A stretch of DNA of 64,000 nucleotides from the NCBI GenBank assembly GCA_036785375.1, contig JAWMAR010000054.1:9796001-9860000 (forward strand). The letters are read 5' to 3'. This DNA comes from Leucoraja ocellata. Lineage: Eukaryota. The notes under the pieces were generated by a model. The model saw only the letters and a program-made list of their open reading frames with translations. It was not told where the DNA came from and searched no databases. Position 1 is the first letter of the stretch. Every line of letters starts with the position of its first letter. This document shows, piece after piece, positions 1 through 11,815 of this stretch. A program made the position numbers and the translations under genes.

Positions 1-950
1 AAGTCTTAATGCCATTTCACCTACAAAATGACTCTTTGTTTAAGACACTGGTTAACATTTTTGATATTTGAAATATATAGCAGACACTCCAAACCATTTT
101 AAAACACCAAATTGTATACACAAGTGTATTTCAGAATCAAATATCCATTTAAAAATCAATAGACAGCTATAAATTTGATGTTAATGCACAGTCTTACTAT
201 TATAAAATGTTCTCCTACCTGGAGTACAAAATGACTGCAAAAGATTTTCTGCTCAATACAGAAAGATTTCTTATAAAAGCCTCATCAGCGCATTTGAACT
301 TCGTTATCCACTGAGCAACGAACGGTCCTTCAGAAGGGGCACAAAGTCTCTGATGTGAGTGTGCATATCGCTGTCACAGCCGCGGCACAAAGAGCCAGCC
401 CTACCTCTTTCAGTGTCTTTGCAGCCAATCAATAAAAACAAGCATTGCAAACCAACCACTGAAAAAGCAACCAAAGTCCAAAGGGCTTTCTTACATTTTC
501 CAGTCACCACTTAACTCCTACACCCTCCGTGCCCCGCTGTACACAACTGGTGAACTTTACACTAAGCTAACATATCTCTTTGCTTCTCATCCAAATTGCA
601 CTGACCGAGTGTGTGTAAATCTAGAAGTAAACATCTAAAACAACACTGTTTAGGAAAGAAGTGCTTTGGTGTGCGATCCAAGGTCGGAATCAAAGTGATA
701 GAGATGCAACATAAATCCCTTCCTCACCCGCCCATACACGTATGTATATACCCTCATACACTGGTTCTTTGCAATATTCAAATATTATTTTCATTTGTCC
801 AAATTCTGAGCAAACAAATTTAAAAATAGATCCACTTAAGCATTCTTTTCAAATGCTCTAATTGAATTGTTTTGCTTCTATCTGAGCTCGTAACACATGA
901 TCTATTCCTCCAGAACAACTCATGTTGACTACAACTAGAACTAATGGTAA

Positions 951-1008
951 CATAGAAACATAGAAACATAGAAAATAGGTGCAGGAGTAGGCCATTCGGC
1001 CCTTCGAG
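951..1008 (-). mobile_element. CR1 (HER1-like) subfamily A 3'-terminal fragment
   Basis: (CATAGAAA)n tail plus TAGGTGCAGGAGTAGGCCATTCGGCCCTTCGAG, as at other A 3' ends. Confidence 0.85.
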
Positions 1009-1179
1009 ATAAAGGTTTGTGTTTAAAATTAATTTTCCATATTATATTGATCCGAAAGGAGGAAGCTTTAGCTGTTTCCAATTAGTTCCCTAATGTGACC
1101 TGTACCTCTTAATGTACACAGCCAATAAATTAATTCCAGTTGCACAAAAACACCACAGTTAAGTTGAGATTCTTCTTTT

Positions 1180-1687
1180 AGAAACATAGAAACATAGAAA
1201 TTAGGTGCAGGAGTAGGCCATTCGGCCCTTCGAGCCTGCACCGTCATTCAATATGATCATGGCTGATCATCCAACTCAGTATCCCGTACATGCCTTCTCT
1301 CCATACCCCCTGATCCCCTTAGCCACAAGGGCCACATCTAACTCCCTCTTAAATATAGCCAATGAACTGGCCTCAACTACCCTCTGTGGCAGAGAGTTCC
1401 AGAGATTCACCACTCTCTGTGTGAAAAAAGTTCTTCTCATCTCGGTTTTAAAGGATTTCCCCCTTATCCTTAAGCTGTGACCCCTTGTCCTGGACTTCCC
1501 CAACTTAGGGAGCAATCTTCCTGCATCTAGCCTGTCCAACCCCTTAAGGATTTTGTAAGTTTCTATAAGATCCCCTTCTCAATCTCCTAAATTCTAGAGA
1601 GTATAAACCAAGTCTATCCAGTCTTTCTTCATAAGACAGTCCTGACATCCCAGGAATCAGTCTGGTGAACCTTCTCTGCACTCCCTC
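1180..1687 (-). mobile_element. CR1 LINE subfamily A, 5'-truncated
   Basis: ORF2 C-terminus (TRGHSLRIRG...FFTQRVVNLWNSLP) and tail. Confidence 0.92.
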
Positions 1688-1819
1688 CAGAACAACTCAT
1701 GTTGACTACAACTAGAACTAATGGTAAGATGGCCAAAAGCTTCCAAAGGTATAGCACAATACAATTTAGAGAAAGAACTGGTCCAGGCGAGACCTTTAAA
1801 CAAAGCAACAGAGAAAGCA

Positions 1820-2550
1820 ACACTGCTCACATTCTCATTCCACTCTTGTCATTTGGGAGAAGGTTTAGGAGTCTGAAAACTGCAAAGTCCAGGTTCAAGA
1901 GCAGCATCTTCCCAAAAACCATCAGGCTATTGAACATTATAAGATTGAAACATATAAGATTGTTAAGGGCTTGGACACGCTAGAGGCAGGAAACATGTTC
2001 CCGATGTTGGGGGAGTCCAGAACCAGGAGCCACAGTTTAAGAATAAGGGGTAAGCATTTAGAACGGAGACGAGGAAACACTTTTTTTCTCACAGAGAGTG
2101 GTGAGTCTGTGGAATTCTCTGCCTCAGAGGGCGGTGGAGGCAGATTCTCTGGATGCTTTCAAGAGAGAGCTAGATAGGGCTCTTAAAAATAGCGGAGTCA
2201 GGGGATATTGGGAGAAGGCAGGAACGGGGTACTGATTGGGGATGATCAGCCATGATCACATTGAATGGCGGTGCTGGCTCGAAGGGCCAAATGGCCTACT
2301 CCTGCACATATTGTCTATTGTCTATTACATACTGCGACAAAACTTTAAACTACAAACTGCCTGGGTTGTTGTACTCGGGACTTTGGGGTTTGTTTTGTTT
2401 TTGTGCTATTTTGGGTTTTGTTGGATTTCTATTTTTTCTGTGTATGTTTATTATGTTACCTAGTGAGTACTGCACTTACAAATCTAATGAGCTGCTGCAA
2501 GTAGCAATTTCATTGTTCCATTTTGGGACATATGATAACAAAACACCCTT
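1820..2550 (+). mobile_element. Degenerate Rex1/Babar-like LINE 3' end, interrupted by CR1-B
   Basis: GRRFRSLKT..SRFKSSIFPKTIRLLN motif; tail-like ATTTCATTGTTCC...GA. Confidence 0.55.
1946..2325 (+). mobile_element. CR1 LINE subfamily B, 5'-truncated
   Basis: LDTLEAGNMFPMLGESRTR; (ATTGTCT)n tail. Confidence 0.9.
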
Positions 2551-3723
2551 GGCTCTTGAGAAAGTGGGACCATATCATAATGAAAAGGAAATTGGTAACG
2601 GAAAGAAAGAAAAATAGGCAAGAATATCATGTTCAAACTGAAGGCATAAATTTACAAGCACCATTCTTTCCCTGCTGAAGGTTAATGAATGATCTTATGG
2701 CATGCATTTAAAATTAAATTCTCTCAAAAATAAATACCAACAGATTGCTGACATCACAAAGCTCAGGTCTTTAGCGATGTCCACCACTACTTGTAAACTT
2801 GGTTCAGGAGAAAGTCAGACTTTATAAGTGAAACGATTTTAAATGAAAAACAAAGACCTCAACAAAATCCAAATTTCAACCTTGTGTGATTTGTAAACAT
2901 CTGAGTTCAGTTTGCATTGGGAGTATTATGACACAATTCCAATTGTTAAAGACATCCCAAAATAACTTCTTGAAAACATAATTACTGCATTGCATAACTG
3001 TTTTCTAACTTGCACTTGGAAATGCTGATTAAACATAGGAAGGAGTGGAGTTTCCATGCTTTTTGCCGGATGCAACTTACTTAAAACTGTTAAATAAATG
3101 ATGCAATGCATAATAACGCTACATTACTGCAGCTTACCCAAGCCATCAGAAAGGAGATCAGAGCCAAAAAAAAATTTAGACGACTTAATTCCAAAAAAAA
3201 CCATTTAATCCAGCACTTCATCTTGGATACAACAGCAGACTGGGGATGTTGAAATCTTGCACAAATAGCAAAGTATGAGATACTCAGCAGGCCAGCCAGC
3301 AACTGTGGAGGGGAAATGGACCTGATGACATTCCAAATCTGAAAACTATAAACTTCTACCCTATAAGATGGAAATGAAGACCAGAACTTGCAGCAAACCT
3401 ACTGTATTTTGTTGTCTACTTATATAGAATTATACACTGTGAAAACAGAATGGCAGCACATGTAAATGTTCTTGTATTTCACATTGTAACATAGTTAATT
3501 TGATTTTCTTGTGTTGGTATCAAGATATCAAGAGCCACTTACATACCAATAACCCAGTAGCTGATGTCAAGTCCTGACATCACATGCGCCTTGGTCTAAA
3601 CATAGACTAAAGGGTTGAGTTCCAGAGATGATGATGGAAAGAGTGCCCTTGACATTAAGGCTACGTTTGACCAAGTTGGTATCAAGGAGACTTGGCAAAA
3701 ACAAAGACATTGGGCATCAAGAA

Positions 3724-4316
3724 TGTACAGGGTCTTGGTGAGACCACACCTGGAGTATTGCGTACAGTTTTGGTCTCCTAATTTGAGGAAAGACATTCTT
3801 GCCAGAGGGATAACAGAGAAGGTTGACCAGACTGATTCCTGGGATGTCAGGACTTTCATATGAAGAAAGACTGGATAGACTCGGCTTACACTCACTAGAA
3901 TTTAGAAGATTGAGGGGGGATCTTATAGAAACTTACAAAATTCTTAAAAGGTTGGACAGGCTAGATGCAGGAAGATTGTTCCCGATGTTGGGGAAGTCCA
4001 GAACAAGGGGTCACACAGTTTAAGGATAAGTGGGAAATCTTTTAGGACTGAGATGAGAAAAACATTTTTCACACAGAGAGTGGTGAATCTCTGGAACTCT
4101 CTGCCACGGAAGGTAGTTGAGGCCACACAGTTCATTGGCTATATTTAAGAGGGAGTTAGATGTGGCCCTTGTGGCTAAAGGGATCAGGGGGTATGGAGAG
4201 AAGGCAGGTACAAGATACTGAGTTGGATGATCAGCCATGACCATGTTGAATGGCGAATGGTGCAGGCTCGAAGGGCTGAATGGCCTACTCCTGCACCTAT
4301 TTTCTATGTTTCTATA
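3724..4316 (+). mobile_element. CR1 LINE subfamily A
   Basis: [18 protein letters not shown] through tail. Confidence 0.92.
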
Positions 4317-5415
4317 TGTGGAGGATGGTGGGTTAGCACATTCAGGGCAGCTCTGCTGTGGCACATATTCAGGGTTCCTTGATGAGACTCAGGAGCAGGT
4401 TTGTGTACATCACCAAGTGGAACAAACAGATGCTTGATGCAGGGTAAAATTAATGCCACTTAAGATCATCTGGTGTTTCACCTTTCCACGTCCGAGCTGA
4501 ATCCAGCCAGTGCCAATACAATAACACCCACGCATACACACACTCCAACCAGGATTATGAAGCAGTAATTGTCAGCAGCTGACTTGGTGTATAGACCTTG
4601 GGAACTAGTGTTATGTCACCACTGGGTTTAGATCAGCAGAGTTAGCTCATTATGAGGACAACTTACCTAATTTCCCATTGCTCAGTTTCACCAATAGACA
4701 GCACCTGAGTTCATTTCTAACATGTGGCTCAGTTCATAACATGCTGAGCACAAATGCTTTCACTGCAAAAAGCCAACTTGAAAAATACAGGCATGGTTTA
4801 AGCAGGAATGCACTGAAATGCATGAAAGCTTTTTTTTTTTAACATTTTTTTGTAAGTAACTATTTTGCATGACAATGGCAACTAGAAACGATATTTATTG
4901 TAAATAAAGTGAAATAATGGCTTAAATATCTTTGCCCAGTTTCTCTTACAGGATAGTGTAGCCCTCACTGTGGATACTTGTCCATCTCTGGAGGAAGATG
5001 AAAATGTGGATCCTTTTAAGATATTCCCCAACTGCTGTAATTGCAAGAGCCCTGGAATGATGCATGAAGTACTCCATTTTATGTCCACTTATGCGATGAG
5101 GTCATCTGTGTGGTTTCAAAATGCAATCCTACTAACAGTCCATTATACCAATCCCCCCGACAGCGTAAAATATCAGCACACACAGAAGCTAATTAGTTTA
5201 TTAATACCATTCCAGAATCTGAAAGGCACAGTACTGTGTGGAAGGAAGGATCAGAATTATTTGCACCAAGTTAATGTTAAAAAATTATCTCTGAAAAACA
5301 ATATGCAGTTTTATTTTAACTGAACTGGCAAATCACAATCATCTGGATACAAAATCCTTTCCTTTTAGGATGCTTTCATTTTACATTCCTTTATTAAAGA
5401 GAGGGCTACATTTAA

Positions 5416-5876
5416 AGGGCCTGTCCCACCAGCATGCGATAGTACGTGTCAAGGGCGGGCAAACGTGGTCGCTTGAGGCGTATAGGCCTGGCTAGGCCGG
5501 TCCCACTTTGATCGGCGGAGGCGTATGGAGTTGTGGTCCCGACATCGCGCGGGGCTCCGAAAATCTTGCACTGTCCGAAAATCCCGCATTGAGGGCGTAC
5601 GCAGCGTCTGGACGGCGTACGCCTAGCGCTTGGCGTTGCGCAATGACGTCATCGCCCGGCGTGCCGTTGCGTGATGACGTCACCGCCCAACGCCGTGCGA
5701 CGTCCAAATTCAGTCGGCCCGCCTCCTGCCCAGCTGATTGGTGAGTATGATGTCGGGACCAGCCCCGCACAACTCCATACGCCTCCGCGGTTGGAAGTGG
5801 GACCGGCCCCGCGAGGCCGTACGCCTCAAGCCACCACGTTTGGTCGCGCTAGACGCATGCTGGTGGGACAGGCCAT
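5416..5876. mobile_element. PIF/Harbinger-like palindromic MITE
   Basis: TIR AGGGCCTGTCCCACCAGCATGCG / CGCATGCTGGTGGGACAGGCCAT; TAA on both flanks; long internal inverted symmetry. Confidence 0.8.
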
Positions 5877-5899
5877 TAAGGGTTTAATCATAGATTCTG

Positions 5900-6135
5900 C
5901 CATTTTCATCCAGAGAGTTGTGAATCTGTGGAACACTGCCTCAAAAGGCAGCGAAAACTGATTGGATGCATTCGGGAAAGAGTTAGATAGATATCATAGA
6001 GCTCTTAAAAATAGCGGAGTTAAGGAATATGGGGAGAAGGCAGGAGCGGGGTACTGATTGGGGATGAACATAGTGAATGGCAGTCCTGGCTCGAAGGGCT
6101 GAATGGCCTACTCCTGCACATATTGTCTATTGTCT
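5900..6135 (+). mobile_element. CR1 subfamily B-like 3' end, diverged
   Basis: QRVVNLWN motif, 3'UTR and ATTGTCT tail. Confidence 0.8.
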
Positions 6136-6332
6136 AATAGGAACAAGGTAACTTCACGTTATTAAAACCCAAACAAATACCAAGTATTACAACACTACTG
6201 CTAATGCAGGCTCTCACTGTATACATTCCTGTCTATTTGGTCAGCCTCTTATTAGTAACACAAGAATAAAAATGTCCTCAAATGCGCAATGTGGCTTTAC
6301 CTTTCCATTTTAGCAGAATGTCAGCCTTCTCA

Positions 6333-6877
6333 ACATAGAAACATAGAAACATAGAAATTAGGTGCAGGAGTAGGCCATTCGGCCCTTCGAGCCTGCACCG
6401 CCATTCAATATGATCATGGCTGATCATCCAACTCAGTATCCCGTACCTGCCTTCTCTCCATACCCCCTGATCCCCTTAGCCACAAGGGCCACATCTAACT
6501 CCCTATTAAATATAGCCAATGAACTGGCCTCAACTACCCTCTGTGGCAGAGAGTTCCAGAGATTCACCACTCTCTGCGTGAAAAAAGTTCTTCTCATCTC
6601 GGTTTTAAAGGATTTCCCCCTTATCCTTAAGCTGTGACCCCTTGTCCTGGACTTCCCTAACATCGGGAACAATCTTCCTGCATCTAGCCTGTCCAACCCC
6701 TTAAGAATTTTGTAAGTTTCTATAAGATCCCCTCTCAATCTTCTAAATTCTAGAGAGTATAAACCAAGTCTATCCAGTCTTTCTTCATAAGACAGTCCTG
6801 ACATCCCAGGAATCAGTCTGGTGAACCGTCTCTGCACTCCCTCTATGGCAATAATGTCCTTCCTCAGATTTGGAGAA
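6333..6877 (-). mobile_element. CR1 LINE subfamily A
   Basis: Open ORF2 C-terminus (ORF 6433-6897) and tail. Confidence 0.93.
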
Positions 6878-7004
6878 GGATTGCTTTCATTCTTCATTGT
6901 TAGAATTAAGTTTCATTTAAAAAATCTTTTTGAAGTGGAAAAAGACATTTAGATCCCATAACCACTTGATTCAATGCTGTCTTTCCCGAAACTATGCCCA
7001 ATTA

Positions 7005-7135
7005 TTATTTGGCCATAGAGTCCTACCCCAAAATGTTGCCTATTCATTCCCTTCATGGATGTTACCTGACCCGCTGAGTTACTCCACCACTCTGTATTTT
7101 GCTCAAGATTCCAGCATCTACAGTTTCTTGTCTCC
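7005..7135 (+). mobile_element. PLE pLTR-derived fragment, old
   Basis: CCTGACCCGCTGAGTTACTCCA...GATTCCAGCATCT motif shared with PLE termini in the window. Confidence 0.65.
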
Positions 7136-7140
7136 CTATG

Positions 7141-7736
7141 ATAGACAATAGACAACAGGTGCAGGAGTAGAGGCCATTTGGCCCTTCGAGCCAGCACCGC
7201 CATTCAATGTGATCATGGCTGTTCATCCCCAATCAGTACCCCGTTCCTGCCTTCTCCCCATATCCCCTGACTCCGCTATTTTTAAGAGCCCTATCTAGAA
7301 AGCATCCAGAGAACCTGCCTCCACCGCCCTCTGAGGCAGAGAATTCCATAGACTCACAACTCTCTGTGTGAAAAAGTGTTTCCTCGTCTCCGTTCTAAAT
7401 GGCTTACTCCTTATTCTTAAACTGTGGCCCCTGGTTCTGGACTCCCCCAACATCGGGAACATGTTTCCTGCCTCTAACGTGTCCAAGCCCTTAACAATTT
7501 TATATGTTTCAATGAGATCCCCTCTCATCCTTCTAAACTCCAGAGTGTACAAGCCCAGCTGCTCCATTCTCTCAGCATATGACAGTCCCGCCATCCCGGG
7601 AATTAACCTTGTAATCGTAAACAGGAAACCGAAGATCTCGGCGAAAACGCCCTTAACAATTTTATATGTTTCAATGAGATGCCCTCTCATCCTTCTAAAC
7701 TCCAGAGTGTACAAGCCCAGCTGCTCCATTCTCTCA
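7141..7736 (-). mobile_element. CR1 subfamily B with internal duplication and SINE-derived linker
   Basis: ORF2 C-terminus; 7487-7574 repeated at 7649-7736. Confidence 0.9.
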
Positions 7737-8182
7737 TTACTATTATTTGGTAAATATTTATTCCCATCTCTTTCCAACTTTTGTATGGTCAACCATGCTG
7801 ATAAAACACAAGCTTAAAGAAGTTCTCAAAAGGAAAATCACAATCTGTTTGCATAATGTGTGCTGTTCATGGAACAAAACTGTCACCGTTTATGAAGGCT
7901 GAATGTTAATATCTTGCATATTACAACATTTCTGCCCATTTAAAAATTCGTATATGTTTGACTCTCAGTTTCTCTTGACATAAATAATGCACACAATGCA
8001 CCACACAAGAGAAAGAAACAGGGCATGTCAACACTGTAGGGAACATGTGGTTCGAGGGAAGATTAAAGTACCTGAGTGGGGGAAGGGGGTAGGTGGGAGA
8101 TCAAGTGGCACAAGGAATATCAGTGAGCAAATGTAGAGACATATGCAAGCACAGAAGGAATGGGCATGCCAGCCATCACAAA

Positions 8183-8647
8183 GCCTGGGTTTCAACAACT
8201 AAGTTACAGAGATTGGTTGAATAAGTTAGGTCTTTATTCTCAGGAGCGCAGAAGGTTAAGGGGGGACTTGATAGAGGTCTTTAAAATGATGAGAGGGATA
8301 GACAGAGTTGATGTGGACCAGCTTTTCCCTTTGAGAATAGGGAAGATTCAAACAAGAGGACATGACTTCAGAATTAAGGGACAGAAGTTTAGGGGTAACA
8401 TGAGGGGGAACTTCTTTACTCAGAGAGTGGTAGCGGTGTGGAATGAGCTTCCAGTGGAAGTGGTGGAGGCAGGTTCGTTGGTATCATTTAAAAATAAATT
8501 GGATAGGCATATGGATGAGAAGGGAATGGAGGGTTATGGTATGAGTGCAGGCAGGTGGGACTAAGGGAAAAAAAGTTGTTCGGCACGGACTTGTAGGGCC
8601 GAGATGGCCTGTTTCCGTGCTGTAATTGTTATATGGTTATATGGTTA
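8183..8647 (+). mobile_element. CR1 LINE subfamily D
   Basis: PGFQQLSYRD...FFTQRVVAVWNELP; (ATATGGTT)n tail. Confidence 0.92.
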
Positions 8648-9399
8648 AAGCAGAAAGGCATATCAGCCAGTCAATGGGTACTAGAGGGGGATTAGTGAGA
8701 GGTGTGTGGGTGTGAATGGAGATGTATACCAGCAGTGTGGACAGGGGAACAGAGTAAACAGCATGTGGAAATGTGGAAACATGGGGTGCAATTGAGGATA
8801 ACAAGAGATTTGGCTGTCAAACACTCAGAAGGGTGAATGGGAGAGTGCCTTGGAGAGGGGGAAACATTGGAATGGGCATGCAAAGGGGAGGTTGATTGAG
8901 CTGGGGATCAAACACAGGAGTTGGTGTGGGAACATCTGAACAGAAGATGATGAGGGGTTGCAAGTGAGCAAACATTGGAGTGTGGAGAGGGAGTGTGGGC
9001 TTTGTGCATGAGTTTGGGTTAGGTGGTAATGTGAGCCAGCATTGGAGGATGCAGGGGGGGGGGGGGGAGGGGCAGTTCTTGCACCAGTGGAATAGGCTTG
9101 GGAGGGAGGGGAATGGGAGCTTTGGCAAAGTGGGAGGAAAAATTGGAGAGGAACGGGAGAGAAACCAAGGCATCAGAGTAGGAAATGGGTTAATGCTGCC
9201 ATTCGGCCCCTCTACCTGCCTCCACATCTCCCAACCAACAGCGGAAATCTCCCCTTTATTCTAATATGCATTGGAAACTTGACTGCAAATCAAGGTCCGC
9301 CATGTTTACATTGATATTGTTTGTCAATATTAAAGGTTTCAATTCACGAGTGCATGAGAATTGTTGTTTATGAGGATGTTCGCAAACATTTGTTCACAT

Positions 9400-9795
9400 T
9401 TTCGGGAGCTCGCAGGTCCCAGGTTGGTGACCGGTTTTTTCCGGAGCTCCCGCAACCACAGTTTCGTCCGCTGGACTGGAGGGCGGCAGCTTCGAGCGCT
9501 CCGGGCCGCGGCCCGTTCACGGAGCTCGGATTCAGCCGTGGGGCTGACTTACTTGTCATCACCCGGCGGGGTCACAACATCGGATGCCTGGATCGCCTCA
9601 ACGCAGAGGGAGAACAAGGAGGGAAGAGACAAGGACTTTAAGACTTTTGCCTTCCATCACAGTGAGGAGGTGCCTGGTAGACTCACTGTGGTGGATGTTA
9701 AATCTGTGTTAAGTGTGTGTTTTGTTATTTTATTCTATGTTATGACTGCAAGGCACGACTGTAAAGTCTGAATTACAATAAAGGATACTCTACTT
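9400..9795 (+). mobile_element. GC-rich non-coding retroposon, hairpin family
   Basis: Homologous to 19610-19930; stem-loop at 9653-9695; ACAATAAA plus short-repeat tail. Confidence 0.65.
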
Positions 9796-10837
9796 TTTTG
9801 CTAGTTTCTAGTACTCTATATTCTCCATCTTTGAACAGAGTACCTGCCGATACCGATTGCCTGACGGAAAATGAGATTGAAGGCAAGGTTGTAATCTTCG
9901 AACCATTACAGCTATCGATTCACACTTAACATTTTATAGCTGTGACAATCAGCTTGGTAATTGAATATTCCATCCATTATTTAAGAAATGCATCCAAATA
10001 TTTGTGTATCGTACACTAAATTATAAAAATGGGCCAGTGCGACTTTAGGAAAATCTAGAAGTAAATCAATGCATTATTGCCTCGAGTTAACAGCTACTCC
10101 AATTCCAATTCTCTTGCACCTTGGTTTTAAAACAACAATAATTCACAGGAATGGAAGATTCGTGTGAGCACTTAAGGATGACAAAAATTTGGGGGTGCAT
10201 TAAAATTATTGATAAACACAAGAATTAGATTGTCATTAAATGCAGCAATACAGCTAGGCCGCAAATTAAATTTAACCAGAATTATATTCTCAGTTTTATA
10301 AAAATGACTGCCATATTTAAAAAAAAAATCATAATGATATATCAAGAGGATGGTTATTCCTATAATCTCCTAATCACAGAAAATTGTCATTTGGTAATTT
10401 TTTTATCTGAAAGTTATAGTAGAATTATGCCATGCAGATTTTTGGCTGGCATTTTACATGGACTTGTGCAATATCCTGCCACATACAAATCAAGGATGTA
10501 CAGGATCAAATGAATGCTCTAATAACTTTCACATTCAGATCATAAGGCAGGTTTACCAAATAATAAAAGAAAACCCGAATCACAATATATTAAAGTGCAT
10601 TTCATAGGTTAGCATTATTGGTTCCTGAGTTCCTGCTTTGCTGTCGGGAGACATACAAGTGAAGCTTTTACCGTGAATAAGTGCAGCAGCTGAGTCCCAA
10701 TTTCTGCTCGATTTTTAAAAAAATATTCTCTTGATCATGAAATGTATCAAGATCTAGATCTACCTGCAGCAATCCGTCACAACTGGTATAGTGTCTTTAC
10801 ACCTTCTGTCGTGTGTCTTTTAGTATAATTTAGTTTA

Positions 10838-11460
10838 GGATTTGAGTATAGGAGCAGGGAGGTTCTACTGCAGTTGTACAGGGTCTTGGTGAGACCACAC
10901 CTGGAGTATTGCGTACAGTTTTGGTCTCCAAATCTGAGGAAGGACATTATTGCCATAGAGGGAGTGCAGAGAAGGTTCACCAGACTGATTCCTGGGATGT
11001 CAGGACTGTCTTATGAAGAAAGACTGGATAGACTTGGTTTATACTCTCTAGAATTTAGAAGCTTGTGAGGGGATCTTATAGAAACGTACAAAATTCTTAA
11101 GGGGTTGGACAGGCTAGATGCAGGAAGATTGCTCCCGATGTTGGGGAAGTCCAGGACAAGGGGTCACAGCTTAAGGATAAGGGGGAAATCCTTTAAAAAC
11201 GAGATGAGAAGAACTTTTTTCACACAGAGAGTGGTGAATCTCTGGAACTTTCTGCCACAGAGGGTAGTCGAGGCCAGTTCATTGGCTATATTTAAGAGGG
11301 AGTTAGATGTGGCCCTTGTGGCTAAGGGGATCAGGGGGTATGGAGAGAAGCCAGGTACGGGATACTGAGTTGGATGATCAGCCATGATCATATTGAATGG
11401 CGGTGCAGGCTCGAAGGGCCGAATGGCCTACTCCTGCACCTAATTTCTATGTTTCTATGT
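10838..11460 (+). mobile_element. CR1 LINE subfamily A
   Basis: Frameshifted ORF2 C-terminus and tail. Confidence 0.92.
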
Positions 11461-11815
11461 TTTTAGACCTGCAGCTCCGTTGAGGCGAGCCAGGCCAACG
11501 TGTCATCGTCCAGGCCAATCGGACCTCGTTCACCATTCGGTGGCCAACCGGTCGGTGTTTGGGGCAACTGGTGACCATGTGCTCCACTGTCTGTGTTGGG
11601 TCCCCACACTCGCAGGAGGCACTCACTGTCCACGAGGCCCCACCTCTTCATCGCTGCTACTCCATAGCGTCCGACTCCCGTCCTCAAGCGGTTGAGGGTT
11701 GTCCACTGCTTTCAGGGCAGATCCTGGCCAGGGACGTCCATGGGGGTCATTGATGTACTGGTGTAGCCTAGATGGTTCCGCAGACTTCCACTGGTCTCTC
11801 CACTGGCAATGCCTT
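11461..11815 (-). mobile_element. Vingi/Ingi-like (I-group) LINE 3' end
   Basis: Translation across frameshifts: LNRLRTGVGRYG..MKRWGLVDS.SCECGDPTQTVEHMVTSCP...LDDDTLAWL, a C-terminal CCHC knuckle. Confidence 0.65.

Noticed and set aside
215-510. Minus-strand first exon or promoter (CCAAT-like motif, donor CAG/GTAGG at about 218)
   Set aside because: Signals are too short and CpG density too low to support without expression data.
1253-1480. Recurrent ORF MIMADHPTQYPV... as a multigene family
   Set aside because: It is the antisense frame of CR1-A 3' ends and recurs only with the LINE.
8680-9200. G-rich tract with Pro- and Gly-rich ORFs
   Set aside because: Low-complexity purine skew with no periodicity or domain.
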